This document shows positions 16,925 through 26,341 of a stretch of DNA of 64,000 nt, piece after piece. The notes under the pieces were generated by a model. It did no database searches. It had not been told where the DNA came from and saw only the letters and a list, made by a program, of their open reading frames with translations. The position numbers and the translations under genes were made by a program. Within the stretch, counting starts at the first letter, position 1; each line of letters begins with the position of its first letter. Source of the DNA: a virus (Duplodnaviria; Caudoviricetes); the IMG/VR virus record IMGVR_UViG_3300013103_000006, positions 10,927 to 74,926 of that record; one strand, given 5' to 3'.

Positions 16925-17815
16925 ATGATATTAATCCTTTGGGATTCTCTCAGAATCGATGCAACTGAACCACTAAAGGGAATATTTAAGGAAGAATCTT
17001 GGTCATCATTTCGGTCTGTAGCAGGATTTACAGCTCCTGTGGTTGCTTCTGTAATTACAGGTAAGACCCCTGAGGAACTAGGTATGAGTAGGGATGTCTC
17101 TGACTTCTGGAAGCCTTTAAATCCTGAAAAAATAGATGATATCCTATTTGACCATTTTGATTCCTACATAAGCCTTGGTAGATTAATAGGCCCAGAAACC
17201 GCATGCTGTCCTCTACCACCATCTAGAAGAGGAAAGTATAAATTCATGCCTCCAATCAAATGGAACGCAGTCTCGAATTGGGATATTGATATATTCAGGT
17301 ATGTTGGTATAAAGTGGAGTATGGCTACAAAGAAATGGTGGGATTTAATATACTGGCATTCCTTTGTAACCCATGGCCCTTGGTCTATATATGACTCTAT
17401 GGGAACTAAAGAGAGCCCAGAGGTAAGAAATTGTGATAGACTCATGCAAAGATTAGCTAGAAGCGATAAGAAAGCTTTATGGGATTGGTATATGAAAGGG
17501 GTTTACTATGCAGCAGAAACCCTTAGAGCTATAAATGATATTTGTGGTGGGATGGAAACTATAATCTGTTTTGCTGATCACGGTGAGGCATTAGGAGAAG
17601 AAGTTAATGGAGAACCTATAACTGGACATTTCCCTGGAATGCATAACCATCCTGTCTTGGGAACCGTGCCAATCTGGATCAATAAGAAGGAGAAGATACC
17701 TAATGATATTTCTCATGTCACTCTTAAAGATTGGGTAGTCAAAATGTATAAGAAATATGAGCTAGATAATTCAGAATATCAGGAATGGAAGGAGAGGAAA
17801 ATTAAATGCAAGTAA
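16925..17815 (+). CDS. Alkaline-phosphatase/sulfatase superfamily enzyme with Thr nucleophile
   Basis: ILWDSLRID, FTAPVVASVITG, FADHGE, TVPIWI. Confidence 0.8.
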   Translation: MILILWDSLRIDATEPLKGIFKEESWSSFRSVAGFTAPVVASVITGKTPEELGMSRDVSDFWKPLNPEKIDDILFDHFDSYISLGRLIGPETACCPLPPSRRGKYKFMPPIKWNAVSNWDIDIFRYVGIKWSMATKKWWDLIYWHSFVTHGPWSIYDSMGTKESPEVRNCDRLMQRLARSDKKALWDWYMKGVYYAAETLRAINDICGGMETIICFADHGEALGEEVNGEPITGHFPGMHNHPVLGTVPIWINKKEKIPNDISHVTLKDWVVKMYKKYELDNSEYQEWKERKIKCK

Positions 17816-17985
17816 AGCGAATCAATGAAAATCATATAGAAATATTATTCGAGGATGAAGGAGAAAGTAAGGTATTCAGGGAGGCTCTCAGATGGAATGA
17901 CAAATATACATTGAAATCTATAATCTGTGAATTAAAAGGATACAGCATACCAGATGAAGAGATTAATGGCGAGGATTGGATATGA
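17806..17985 (+). CDS. 59-aa hypothetical protein missed by the ORF track
   Basis: Translated by hand: MQVKRINENHIEILFEDEG...GEDWI; fills the gap and ends on an ATGA overlap. Confidence 0.6.
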   Translation: MQVKRINENHIEILFEDEGESKVFREALRWNDKYTLKSIICELKGYSIPDEEINGEDWI

Positions 17986-18377
17986 AAAAATTAGATTTCA
18001 TTACTTTCTCAAGCTGGATTCTGATATTAGGAAGCTACATCCTAGCGGGAGGTCTAGGTAGTGTTATCGCTCTCTCGATATTCGGAAATAAGATACTTTG
18101 GCCAGAAATTATATTGGCTACTATAGGAACCATTCTATATACATATAAAGGAATCTCTTATTTAGCAGATGATATCTTCTGGCAGAGTTCTATATCAGCG
18201 TTAGACGGCAGTGTTTCTCTCTGGCTCCATGATAGAGGTAACTCTCTTAACTATTTTAACATCTCGAAGAAAAAATTTGCTGCTATACTTTATCTCTTCG
18301 ATAAAGAAGCATATGAGGTTACAAGTGAGGATTTGGAAAAGATAGAATGTATTAAACAACTGTTCAATAAGTTATAA
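17976..18377 (+). CDS. Hypothetical membrane protein
   Basis: 2 TM segments. Confidence 0.6.
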   Translation: MDMKKLDFITFSSWILILGSYILAGGLGSVIALSIFGNKILWPEIILATIGTILYTYKGISYLADDIFWQSSISALDGSVSLWLHDRGNSLNYFNISKKKFAAILYLFDKEAYEVTSEDLEKIECIKQLFNKL

Positions 18378-18386
18378 GGCGATGAT

Positions 18387-18683
18387 ATGACATCTTGGAT
18401 TTGGACAGATTCATCTACAACTAATAAATGGAAAGATTTAACCCAATCTTGGTCATGTGGAGACACTGTTTATAAATACTACATAACTGGTTCATCAACT
18501 TTAGATCCTGAGGTTATAGTTGCTCCTTATTTAGACAAGAAATATAAATATATCTGCAAGGATAATGTGGAGATAACACTCACAGTCAGAGAGAAAATCA
18601 TCATAGAGGGCATTCTTGGTAAATCAATTGAGGAGTGTACAAAAGAGGATATTGAAACAGCACGGTCATTAATAAAATTATAA
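18387..18683 (+). CDS. Hypothetical protein
   Basis: Co-oriented ORF, no motif. Confidence 0.55.
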   Translation: MTSWIWTDSSTTNKWKDLTQSWSCGDTVYKYYITGSSTLDPEVIVAPYLDKKYKYICKDNVEITLTVREKIIIEGILGKSIEECTKEDIETARSLIKL

Positions 18684-18721
18684 ATGTTTAGCTATATTGT
18701 CTTAAAAAAGGAGGTGAGTAT

Positions 18722-19156
18722 ATGGGAGTGGATGTTGATATTTGGGTAAAGGAAGAAGACCTAAAAAGAATGATTAAAAATGAATTTCTGTGGCATTTCT
18801 TGCCTCTAGTTAAACTTGGCTTCATGAGATGGTATAGATTTGAATGGATGTTTGGATTAGATGATGCTAATTTCTACTATGACAGAGAAGTGACATCTAA
18901 AGATTTGCTTAAACACTTAGCCTCCAATCCAAATGTTGGAAAAAATACAGAGGAAGATGAAGAGACACCCAAGCTTGATAGAGAGTTATGGGCAGAAATA
19001 TTATCGGAATATGATATAGTATTTTGTCCTGATGACCATGATTTCGATAAAGAAGGCTATATCGATCTCATGAAATATTATCGTAATATAGAGCATGAAG
19101 TGGATAGAAATTTTGAGAAATATGCCAATGATGCATATGCGAGTAAAGGTGACTGA
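18722..19156 (+). CDS. Hypothetical acidic protein
   Basis: AAGGAGGTGA RBS. Confidence 0.7.
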   Translation: MGVDVDIWVKEEDLKRMIKNEFLWHFLPLVKLGFMRWYRFEWMFGLDDANFYYDREVTSKDLLKHLASNPNVGKNTEEDEETPKLDRELWAEILSEYDIVFCPDDHDFDKEGYIDLMKYYRNIEHEVDRNFEKYANDAYASKGD

Positions 19157-19433
19157 TGAATACGCTATAATTCGTTACAATAATGGTGAGGATATATGGA
19201 ATGCATTCCAAATGATTAGAGAATTTACACCCAGATTAAAACACTTTACAGTGAGCGATAGCAAAAAACACATAGTCATTCGCTTCTCTTCCTTCGATGA
19301 AAAACAGAAATTCTTAGATACTGTGAAGAAATATGATGATAGGATTTCTTCATTATATGTAGATGGAAGAAGAATTAAGTTGATTAAGGATGGGAGGTTG
19401 ATTATAAGTGAAAATACCAGAAGAAACGCTTAA
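19095..19433 (+). CDS. Hypothetical protein
   Basis: Overlaps both neighbours; real start probably downstream of the track start. Confidence 0.5.
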   Translation: MKWIEILRNMPMMHMRVKVTDEYAIIRYNNGEDIWNAFQMIREFTPRLKHFTVSDSKKHIVIRFSSFDEKQKFLDTVKKYDDRISSLYVDGRRIKLIKDGRLIISENTRRNA

Positions 19434-21255
19434 ATTCTTTGATGGAGAAAAGATTAGAGCTAGAGTGTTTCTTGATAAATACGCATTGCGAGATAAAAGA
19501 GATAATTTATTGGAATGTACTCCAAAGGAAATGTGGAAACGAGTAGCGAGTGCTATAGCATCTGTTGAGAATGAATTTGAAAAATGGAGAAAGGAATTTC
19601 TATGGGCTCTCACTGATTTCAAATTTGTTCCTGGAGGAAGAATAAATTTCGGAGCTGGAAATAATACCGTTAGAAATTCTCTTACTAACTGTTATGTCAT
19701 ACCGATTGAAGATGATTCTATAGAAGGTATATTTGAAGCTATGAAGAAGCAAGCGAGAACTTATTCTTATGGTGGAGGGGTTGGAATAGATATTTCGGCA
19801 TTAAGACCAAGAGGAGCGAAGGTAAATAATACAGCTAAATATTCCACAGGAGCAGCTTCTTTCATGGATATCTTCTCTGAGGTCACTGGCACCATAGGAC
19901 AGTATAATAGACGAGGAGCACTGCTCTTGACTATTGATATTCAGCATCCTGATGTTGAAGAGTTTATAGAAGCTAAATCTGATCCAGAAAGAAGAAATGT
20001 TAGGTTTGCTAATGTTTCGGTCAAGATTAGAAATGCATTTTTAGAAGCTGTCGTGAAGGATAGAGATTGGCTTCTTTGGTATCCTGATGTAACTGATATA
20101 CGATATTCCTCTGAAGCCATAAGAGTCAAGGACATCTATGAGTGCTTCGAGCATCCAGAGGAAACATTCTTTCATGTAGATGGAGAAGAATTTATAAGAG
20201 TTAAGAAAGTTTATAAGATAGTTAAGGCTAAAGAACTATGGGAAAAGATAGTAAAATATGCATGGGCTACTGCAGAGCCAGGAATATTATATTGGGACAC
20301 AGTCAAGAGGTATTCTAACTCAGAATATTTCCAGCCAATAATAACTTGTAATCCTTGTTCTGAGTTGCCCTTGCCAGCATATGGAAATTGTTGCTTGGGT
20401 CATATAAATTTATCAAAGATAGTTATTAATCCATATAAAAATCCAAAAATTAATTGGAAACTCTTAGAACGTTTAGTGCAAATTGGAGTTAGATTCCTAG
20501 ATGACGTTATAACTTATTCTGTTGGTAAACATCCTCTACCTGAGCAGAATAAAGTAGCTGAGGAAGGTAGGCGTATAGGCTTAGGCATAACTGGATTAGC
20601 AGATTTCCTGATGAGAATGAAGCTAAGATATGATTCTAATGAAGCATTAGAGCTTGTAGATAAAGTTATGGATTTCATTAAAAACAAAGCATATATAACA
20701 TCAGCCCAGTTAGCAAGAGAGAAAAATCCATTTCCGAAATTTAAATTAAATGAAATCATGAAATCAGAATTTATTAAGAATTTATCAGAGGAAGTCAAAG
20801 AGGAAATTAGAAAATATGGCTTGAGGAACATAACTATTCTAACGGTAGCTCCAGTCGGAACCGGTTCTATCCTAGCAGGAACCACATCTGGCATTGAGCC
20901 ACTTTTTGCAAAGAAATATCTTAGGAGATCGGAGAGCTTAAAAGAGAAAAAATTCTATCTACATGACCACTCTCTGAGGGAGCTAATTAAATTATATGGA
21001 ATAGATAATCTTCCAGACTATGTAGTTAGTGCTTATGAGATAGACCCATTTAAGAGAGTTAAGATGCAAGCTATTGTTCAAAGACATGTCGATTCGTCTA
21101 TATCATCTACAGTGAATTTGCCAAAAGACTTTCCTGCAGAGAAGCTCAACGACCTGTTTTTATATGGCTGGAAGGAAGGACTAAAGGGCTTAACTATCTA
21201 TAGAGAAGGAAGTAGAGAAGGAATATTAATATCAATGGATAAAGGAGGTGAATAA
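19408..21255 (+). CDS. nrdJ: Class II (B12-dependent) ribonucleotide reductase
   Basis: PGGRI, NC, GGGVG, NPCSE, IGLGITGLAD, APVGT, GIEP, GLKGLTIYR. GTG start; no ATP cone. Confidence 0.92.
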   Translation: MKIPEETLKFFDGEKIRARVFLDKYALRDKRDNLLECTPKEMWKRVASAIASVENEFEKWRKEFLWALTDFKFVPGGRINFGAGNNTVRNSLTNCYVIPIEDDSIEGIFEAMKKQARTYSYGGGVGIDISALRPRGAKVNNTAKYSTGAASFMDIFSEVTGTIGQYNRRGALLLTIDIQHPDVEEFIEAKSDPERRNVRFANVSVKIRNAFLEAVVKDRDWLLWYPDVTDIRYSSEAIRVKDIYECFEHPEETFFHVDGEEFIRVKKVYKIVKAKELWEKIVKYAWATAEPGILYWDTVKRYSNSEYFQPIITCNPCSELPLPAYGNCCLGHINLSKIVINPYKNPKINWKLLERLVQIGVRFLDDVITYSVGKHPLPEQNKVAEEGRRIGLGITGLADFLMRMKLRYDSNEALELVDKVMDFIKNKAYITSAQLAREKNPFPKFKLNEIMKSEFIKNLSEEVKEEIRKYGLRNITILTVAPVGTGSILAGTTSGIEPLFAKKYLRRSESLKEKKFYLHDHSLRELIKLYGIDNLPDYVVSAYEIDPFKRVKMQAIVQRHVDSSISSTVNLPKDFPAEKLNDLFLYGWKEGLKGLTIYREGSREGILISMDKGGE

Positions 21256-21906
21256 TTGGCATTATTTGATTTATTTAAGAAGAAGGATTTAATAGAGATT
21301 TCAATGGAAGATTTGGAAAGAGTTGCTAAAGAAACAGCTCAAGCTTGGGAGGATGTCATAAGAGAAACTACTAAATCATATCTCGAACAATTTAAACAAG
21401 AAGTGAAAAAATATATCGATAAGAAGCTAGCATCATGCAAGAAAAAGAAGAAACCGAGTAGAAGATTTGAAGTTGTTCGTGATGAGTATAGAAAGCATCC
21501 AAATAAAGAAATTAAACTACCAACCAGAGCTACAGCTAACTCAGCTGGATATGACTTTTATTCTAATGAAACTATTATGATTCCGCCAGGCTCTTATCAT
21601 GTCTTCTGGACAGATGTTAAAGTAAAATTAGAGAAAGATGAGTTTCTCATGATAGTTCCTCGCTCATCAGTTGCTACCCAAAAGAACCTGATATTAGCGA
21701 ATTCAGTTGGAATCATAGACGCTGATTATTATAATAATCCCGATAATGATGGTAATATTGGCATATGGTTGATTAACACGTCTAATAACCAGACTGCAAC
21801 TATAAAAGAAGGAGAAAGAATAGCTCAAGGAATAATTTTGAAATATTTTGCCTCTGATAAAACCCAAGGTAAAAGAGGTGGAGGTTTTGGCTCTACGGGT
21901 AGGTAA
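21256..21906 (+). CDS. dut: Trimeric dUTPase with N-terminal helical extension
   Basis: SAGYD, PRSS, GIIDADY, ERIAQ, RGGGFGSTG; TTG start after GGAGGTGA. Confidence 0.93.
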   Translation: MALFDLFKKKDLIEISMEDLERVAKETAQAWEDVIRETTKSYLEQFKQEVKKYIDKKLASCKKKKKPSRRFEVVRDEYRKHPNKEIKLPTRATANSAGYDFYSNETIMIPPGSYHVFWTDVKVKLEKDEFLMIVPRSSVATQKNLILANSVGIIDADYYNNPDNDGNIGIWLINTSNNQTATIKEGERIAQGIILKYFASDKTQGKRGGGFGSTGR

Positions 21907-22516
21907 TTCTAAAGGATACTTCAATTTGACTGAGCTAATAATATCTAGTAACTGGAATACTCTAATAGTCTTGGATTCTTGTTCATATAAACTATTCAAA
22001 CAGGAGTGCACTCTTAATGGACTTCTCTATAGAGCACAGAGTAAAGGTCATGACACCACTACGTTCTATGAAAGCCTGCCATCTCTGAAATATGTGACTC
22101 TATATTCTGCTAATGAACAGTTATGTAAAAACCGAGCTATAAAGAGAAAATTTAAGGAGGTAATACCGAGTAAGAATTCTTATATCTGGGATAATCTTTT
22201 AGAGGCTCAGTCTATAGATGAGCGTATCATTATTCAAACTTTGCTTCCAAGACTACCAAATCAAGGAGAATATGCTGATTTATGGTTTAAATTAAAGGAA
22301 AAGCATAAGCTAGACACCACAAAATTCTATGATATTATTGAAAAGCAAAATATAAAAACAAACGACGTATTAGCCTCTAATTTACGAGTAGCACTTCAAG
22401 CGATAGGGAAAAATATAGATAAATTAGAAAGACCAGTAGTTATAACGTCTAGTCATGGTTATCCTTCTAAGCAAGAGGAGGATATTCATATTGTCCCTTG
22501 GTTTATTGTTGATTAA
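21848..22516 (+). CDS. Degenerate alkaline-phosphatase-fold protein
   Basis: WNTLIVLDSCSY, SKGHDT, VVITSSHG resemble LIVLDACRYD / SxGxxT / ITADHG with metal ligands lost. Confidence 0.5.
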   Translation: MPLIKPKVKEVEVLALRVGNSKGYFNLTELIISSNWNTLIVLDSCSYKLFKQECTLNGLLYRAQSKGHDTTTFYESLPSLKYVTLYSANEQLCKNRAIKRKFKEVIPSKNSYIWDNLLEAQSIDERIIIQTLLPRLPNQGEYADLWFKLKEKHKLDTTKFYDIIEKQNIKTNDVLASNLRVALQAIGKNIDKLERPVVITSSHGYPSKQEEDIHIVPWFIVD

Positions 22517-22531
22517 AATACGTGATGCTTC

Positions 22532-22723
22532 ATGCTATGCCCTAAATGTCATTCTCAAACTACTGTTGAAAAAACTATCACTAAACAAGATAGAGTATTT
22601 AGATACAGGAGATGTAAGACATGTGGATATGGATTTACTACTATCGAAGAAATATCAAATGGACAGGATTTCAAGTTCATACTAAGACGCATAAAGAGTA
22701 TCGTTGATCAGGTGGATGTATGA
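22532..22723 (+). CDS. NrdR N-terminal-like Zn ribbon protein
   Basis: MLCPKC...T.V...RYRRCKTCGYGFTTIE; no ATP cone. Confidence 0.75.
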   Translation: MLCPKCHSQTTVEKTITKQDRVFRYRRCKTCGYGFTTIEEISNGQDFKFILRRIKSIVDQVDV

Positions 22724-23832
22724 AGCCATCGACATCTATCATTATCAAGACTAACAGGAAAGAGAGAGATACTTCATTTACTCAGTGGAAGAAAAAACTA
22801 TCTCAGGGAAAGATTCAACAATCATTGCTATGGGAGGATAAGGATCAGGTATTCGAAAATAATATCATGAAGTCAAGGAGTTTCATAGAACCAACCCTTC
22901 GGTCTTTAACCGAACAAGAATATGATGATTTTGAAGTTGTCTTAGTTTATAGAGGCATTAGTCATAAGACTCTTGAGCTCGCAAATAGCTACCGGCATTA
23001 CCTCAATTTAAAGATAGTACCAGAGAAGCATTCAATATGGCATGAACTTGGAGATGAATATTGCACTATATCAAATGCAATCAATACAGGAATCATATAT
23101 GCTGATGGAGAGCTGTTGATATCAACAGATGACTGTTCTATATTTCCACCTAAGTTAGTAGGAGAGATGGCTAATCTGTATTTTAAGAAGATGAAATACA
23201 GCATACCGCCATACATTAAATACTCGCTCTATAACCCTGCAAAATCCAATCTTGTTCAGGAAGTTAAAATCTCTGCTAATAAGCTAGATGGATATACAAA
23301 AATGAAAGATAAATGGGAGATTCATGAATGGGATGATAATGCAGGGTTATTGAAGGAAACTACTCTATATAACAAGAAACCAGGTGATATCTTCTATCCA
23401 ACATATGGCTATTGCTTCTCAGTTAGCCTAGAAGAAGCTCTCTATATTAATGGATTCGATGAGACGTATGATGGAGCAATGCATGGAGAAGACGGTGATT
23501 TTGGAGAAAGACTATCAGTCGTTAGTCCCTATAAAAGAGTAGTGACAGAAAATAAAATCTATTTCTTTGGACACAAATACTCTAATGTCAAGAACTATAA
23601 ACTAGTAAGAGATAATAGAAAATTTAAAGAGTTTATTGGTCAGAGGCCATATCCTCCTGATAAGATAGTTGCCAATATTTGGAGACCTACTCAGGAGCAA
23701 CTGAATGCTTATAGGGAATGGCATCTTAAGATGTATGGTCAACTAGACCCGAACTGGGATAAATGCAAGAATGTACCACTCTTTAGACTAAAATCTTTAC
23801 GTAAACGGCTAAGAACCATTGGAAAATTGTGA
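22720..23832 (+). CDS. GT2/GT7-like (GT-A fold) glycosyltransferase
   Basis: FEVVLV, NAINTG, STDDC, INGFDE...HGED. Confidence 0.85.
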   Translation: MKPSTSIIIKTNRKERDTSFTQWKKKLSQGKIQQSLLWEDKDQVFENNIMKSRSFIEPTLRSLTEQEYDDFEVVLVYRGISHKTLELANSYRHYLNLKIVPEKHSIWHELGDEYCTISNAINTGIIYADGELLISTDDCSIFPPKLVGEMANLYFKKMKYSIPPYIKYSLYNPAKSNLVQEVKISANKLDGYTKMKDKWEIHEWDDNAGLLKETTLYNKKPGDIFYPTYGYCFSVSLEEALYINGFDETYDGAMHGEDGDFGERLSVVSPYKRVVTENKIYFFGHKYSNVKNYKLVRDNRKFKEFIGQRPYPPDKIVANIWRPTQEQLNAYREWHLKMYGQLDPNWDKCKNVPLFRLKSLRKRLRTIGKL

Positions 23833-23856
23833 TAGTCATAGACCTGTTTCTATGTT

Positions 23857-23898
23857 CCATATTTGGAAAGCTATTTATAAATCAAATTCCAAATATGG
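23857..23898 (+). promoter_or_regulatory. TATA box flanked by a perfect 12-bp inverted repeat
   Basis: CCATATTTGGAA-N18 (contains TTTATAAA at 23874-23881)-TTCCAAATATGG. Confidence 0.7.
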
Positions 23899-23905
23899 TA
23901 AAAAA

Positions 23906-23962
23906 TGTTACGAAATTAAAGGCCACTGGTATTATACCATTCGAAGGCTTAATTTCGTAACA
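23906..23962. promoter_or_regulatory. Inverted-repeat element, copy 2
   Basis: TGTTACGAAAT-N35-ATTTCGTAACA; intergenic, upstream of ATG 23989. Confidence 0.85.
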
Positions 23963-23988
23963 CCTTTAGATTCTCTAGGAGGAAGAGT

Positions 23989-24711
23989 ATGTTAGAGCAT
24001 CTTGATATCCAAAATATTGGAGATTTAAGAATAATATTTAGGCCAAACTCTAATGATAGAAAAATAATAAGAGAAATTCTTATGGCAGACTCTTATTTCC
24101 TGAAAAAATTCAAAACAAATGAGAATATAAGAGTCATAGATATCGGCTCTCATATAGGAATCTTCTCGTTAGGTATAAAGAAACACTGCCCTAACGCTAA
24201 TGTAATAGGCTATGAGCTGGATGAAGAAAACTATATCCTCTCTTTAATAAACAACGGGCTAAATAATCTGGATATCAAATTTTATAATCTAGCTGTCACC
24301 CCGTCGAACATCAAACCAGTATCAAGACTCTATCATAATCATAGAAATAAAGGTTCTTATTGTCTCTTATATAACGGTGAAGCACAAACGAATGTAAATA
24401 CCATAGAGATAGATAGAATATTGAAAGATAAATGTGATATTTTAAAGATGGATATAGAAGGTGGTGAGTTTCCGATTCTAGAAAATATAGATTTAGAATG
24501 GCTGGCAAATCAAGTAAATTATTTTATGATAGAATTCCATGATGATTTTGAATCTAAGACAAAATACAAGCCCTTGAAATATAAATCGAGTGTAGACGCT
24601 ATCAATGATTTAATCAAACATTTCAAAATTCTGGCTTATAATAAATATACTGATTTACTCTCTGTTTTGGTATTTAAGTCTAGACGATATAGGAATGAGG
24701 AAAATGAGTGA
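23989..24711 (+). CDS. FkbM-family methyltransferase
   Basis: VIDIGSHIG, GYE, ILKMDIEGGE. Confidence 0.88.
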   Translation: MLEHLDIQNIGDLRIIFRPNSNDRKIIREILMADSYFLKKFKTNENIRVIDIGSHIGIFSLGIKKHCPNANVIGYELDEENYILSLINNGLNNLDIKFYNLAVTPSNIKPVSRLYHNHRNKGSYCLLYNGEAQTNVNTIEIDRILKDKCDILKMDIEGGEFPILENIDLEWLANQVNYFMIEFHDDFESKTKYKPLKYKSSVDAINDLIKHFKILAYNKYTDLLSVLVFKSRRYRNEENE

Positions 24712-24994
24712 AGGTAAGACTATTAAAGATGCTACAAAAGAATTTTATGAATCCACTTTATTCAAGTATATTAAGAATCAGATTGGCGAAGAGAAAGCAT
24801 ATGATTTAGCTAGCTGGCTAGTTCATTATGCTATGATTACATCGACACTCATTGCAGCAAAAGACATAACTCTTGACCATGCACTGCTTATACTTCATGG
24901 TGAAAAGCTCTCTTTGATTACCAAAGCTCTTAGCACTGTACACAAGAAACTCTCGAAATCAAATGATGAAAAGTGGGATAGATATATTTGGTAG
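24695..24994 (+). CDS. Hypothetical helical protein
   Basis: Fills the gap in the operon. Confidence 0.6.
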   Translation: MRKMSEGKTIKDATKEFYESTLFKYIKNQIGEEKAYDLASWLVHYAMITSTLIAAKDITLDHALLILHGEKLSLITKALSTVHKKLSKSNDEKWDRYIW

Positions 24995-25658
24995 TCATAT
25001 GAATGACAAACAGTTTGTTTTGGGTATAGGCACAGGTAGATGTGGAACTAAATCTCTAGCTGTATTACTAGATGCTCAGAAAGATGTAACTGTTTATCAC
25101 GAGCTAGCAGACAGAAGTACTATAAGGCATTATGGAGATAAAATATTGCCATGGATTCCAGACTATAACAAAGCGATTCTTAGACTAGATAGTCTGAGGA
25201 GGATTCCTGGTAGAGTGGTAGGTGATGTAGCATTCTATTATCTGAACTATATCTACTTCTTCAAGGAGCATCTGCCAAACCTAAAGATAATAGTGATGGA
25301 AAGAGAAAAGGATAAAGTAGTTTCTTCTTATATAGCTAAGACTCCCGGTAGGAATCACTGGTGCTCATATGAATCTGAATGCTGGAAATCAGGGAGATAC
25401 CATGAGGACAGATGGGATAAGGCTTATCCTAAAATAGATTATGCAAAGACAAAAGAAGAGGCTATAGGTATTTACTGGGAGCTCTATAAAAAGAGAGTGG
25501 ATGCTCTAGAACTAGAATTCAAAGATGATATAATTCGCATCAACGTTAACGATCTTAATAAAGAGACTACTCAAGAAAAGCTTTTTAATTTCATTGGATT
25601 AGATAATTGGAAACATATCTGTGTTCATGTTAACTGGATATTAACAAGGCCATCATGA
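24963..25658 (+). CDS. PAPS-dependent sulfotransferase-fold protein (likely start 24999)
   Basis: GIGTGRCGTKSL (5'-PSB loop), HE, IIVMERE...VVSSY (3'-PB-like). Confidence 0.8.
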   Translation: MMKSGIDIFGSHMNDKQFVLGIGTGRCGTKSLAVLLDAQKDVTVYHELADRSTIRHYGDKILPWIPDYNKAILRLDSLRRIPGRVVGDVAFYYLNYIYFFKEHLPNLKIIVMEREKDKVVSSYIAKTPGRNHWCSYESECWKSGRYHEDRWDKAYPKIDYAKTKEEAIGIYWELYKKRVDALELEFKDDIIRINVNDLNKETTQEKLFNFIGLDNWKHICVHVNWILTRPS

Positions 25659-26341
25659 AAATTGTTTATACACTATCTGATGTGAATAATTTAAAACAAT
25701 ATCTTGGTATATCACTAAGAAGCTTATCGAGATTTGTTAAAAACAAAGATATAATTATAATAATCACCCCACCATATGGAAACTTAGAAGAAGAGTTTAA
25801 TCAGTATGAGCTAATTAAAAGACCAAATTTAATCAGAAAGTATCCATATGCTAATAAAATATACTGTTGTGAGATTGAAGAGAAAGAATTAATGTATCTT
25901 GATGTAGATACAATTATCAATAAAAATATACTAGAGCTACTAAATGGAGATTTTGATGTTTTCTGTAGAATAGGAAGCAAATCAAAAGAGTATACAAAAG
26001 GAGATTATCCGGCTCTGCTAAAACAACTTAATCTCAGGTTTACTCCTATGTATAACACAGGATTCATTATATTTAAAAACTACACTCATAATTTAATATT
26101 AAAAGACTGGAAGAAGTATACTGAGAATCTAAGGAAAGGAATATGGCATATTAGACACTCCTATGTTCATGAGCAGTTTGCTTTTTCTATGTCGGTGTCA
26201 AATAAAACGGTAAAGGAAATGACAGGAAAAGAGCATTACTTCATGTGGAAGCCTGATTCCGCAAATAGATTTGATTCATATGTCATTCACTATGGTCATT
26301 TGAAAAATAAAATGATAGATGATATTAAGAGGATAGTATGA
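25655..26341 (+). CDS. GT-A glycosyltransferase, GT8-like
   Basis: YLDVD (DxD), YNTGF, HEQ, final HY. Confidence 0.75.
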   Translation: MKIVYTLSDVNNLKQYLGISLRSLSRFVKNKDIIIIITPPYGNLEEEFNQYELIKRPNLIRKYPYANKIYCCEIEEKELMYLDVDTIINKNILELLNGDFDVFCRIGSKSKEYTKGDYPALLKQLNLRFTPMYNTGFIIFKNYTHNLILKDWKKYTENLRKGIWHIRHSYVHEQFAFSMSVSNKTVKEMTGKEHYFMWKPDSANRFDSYVIHYGHLKNKMIDDIKRIV

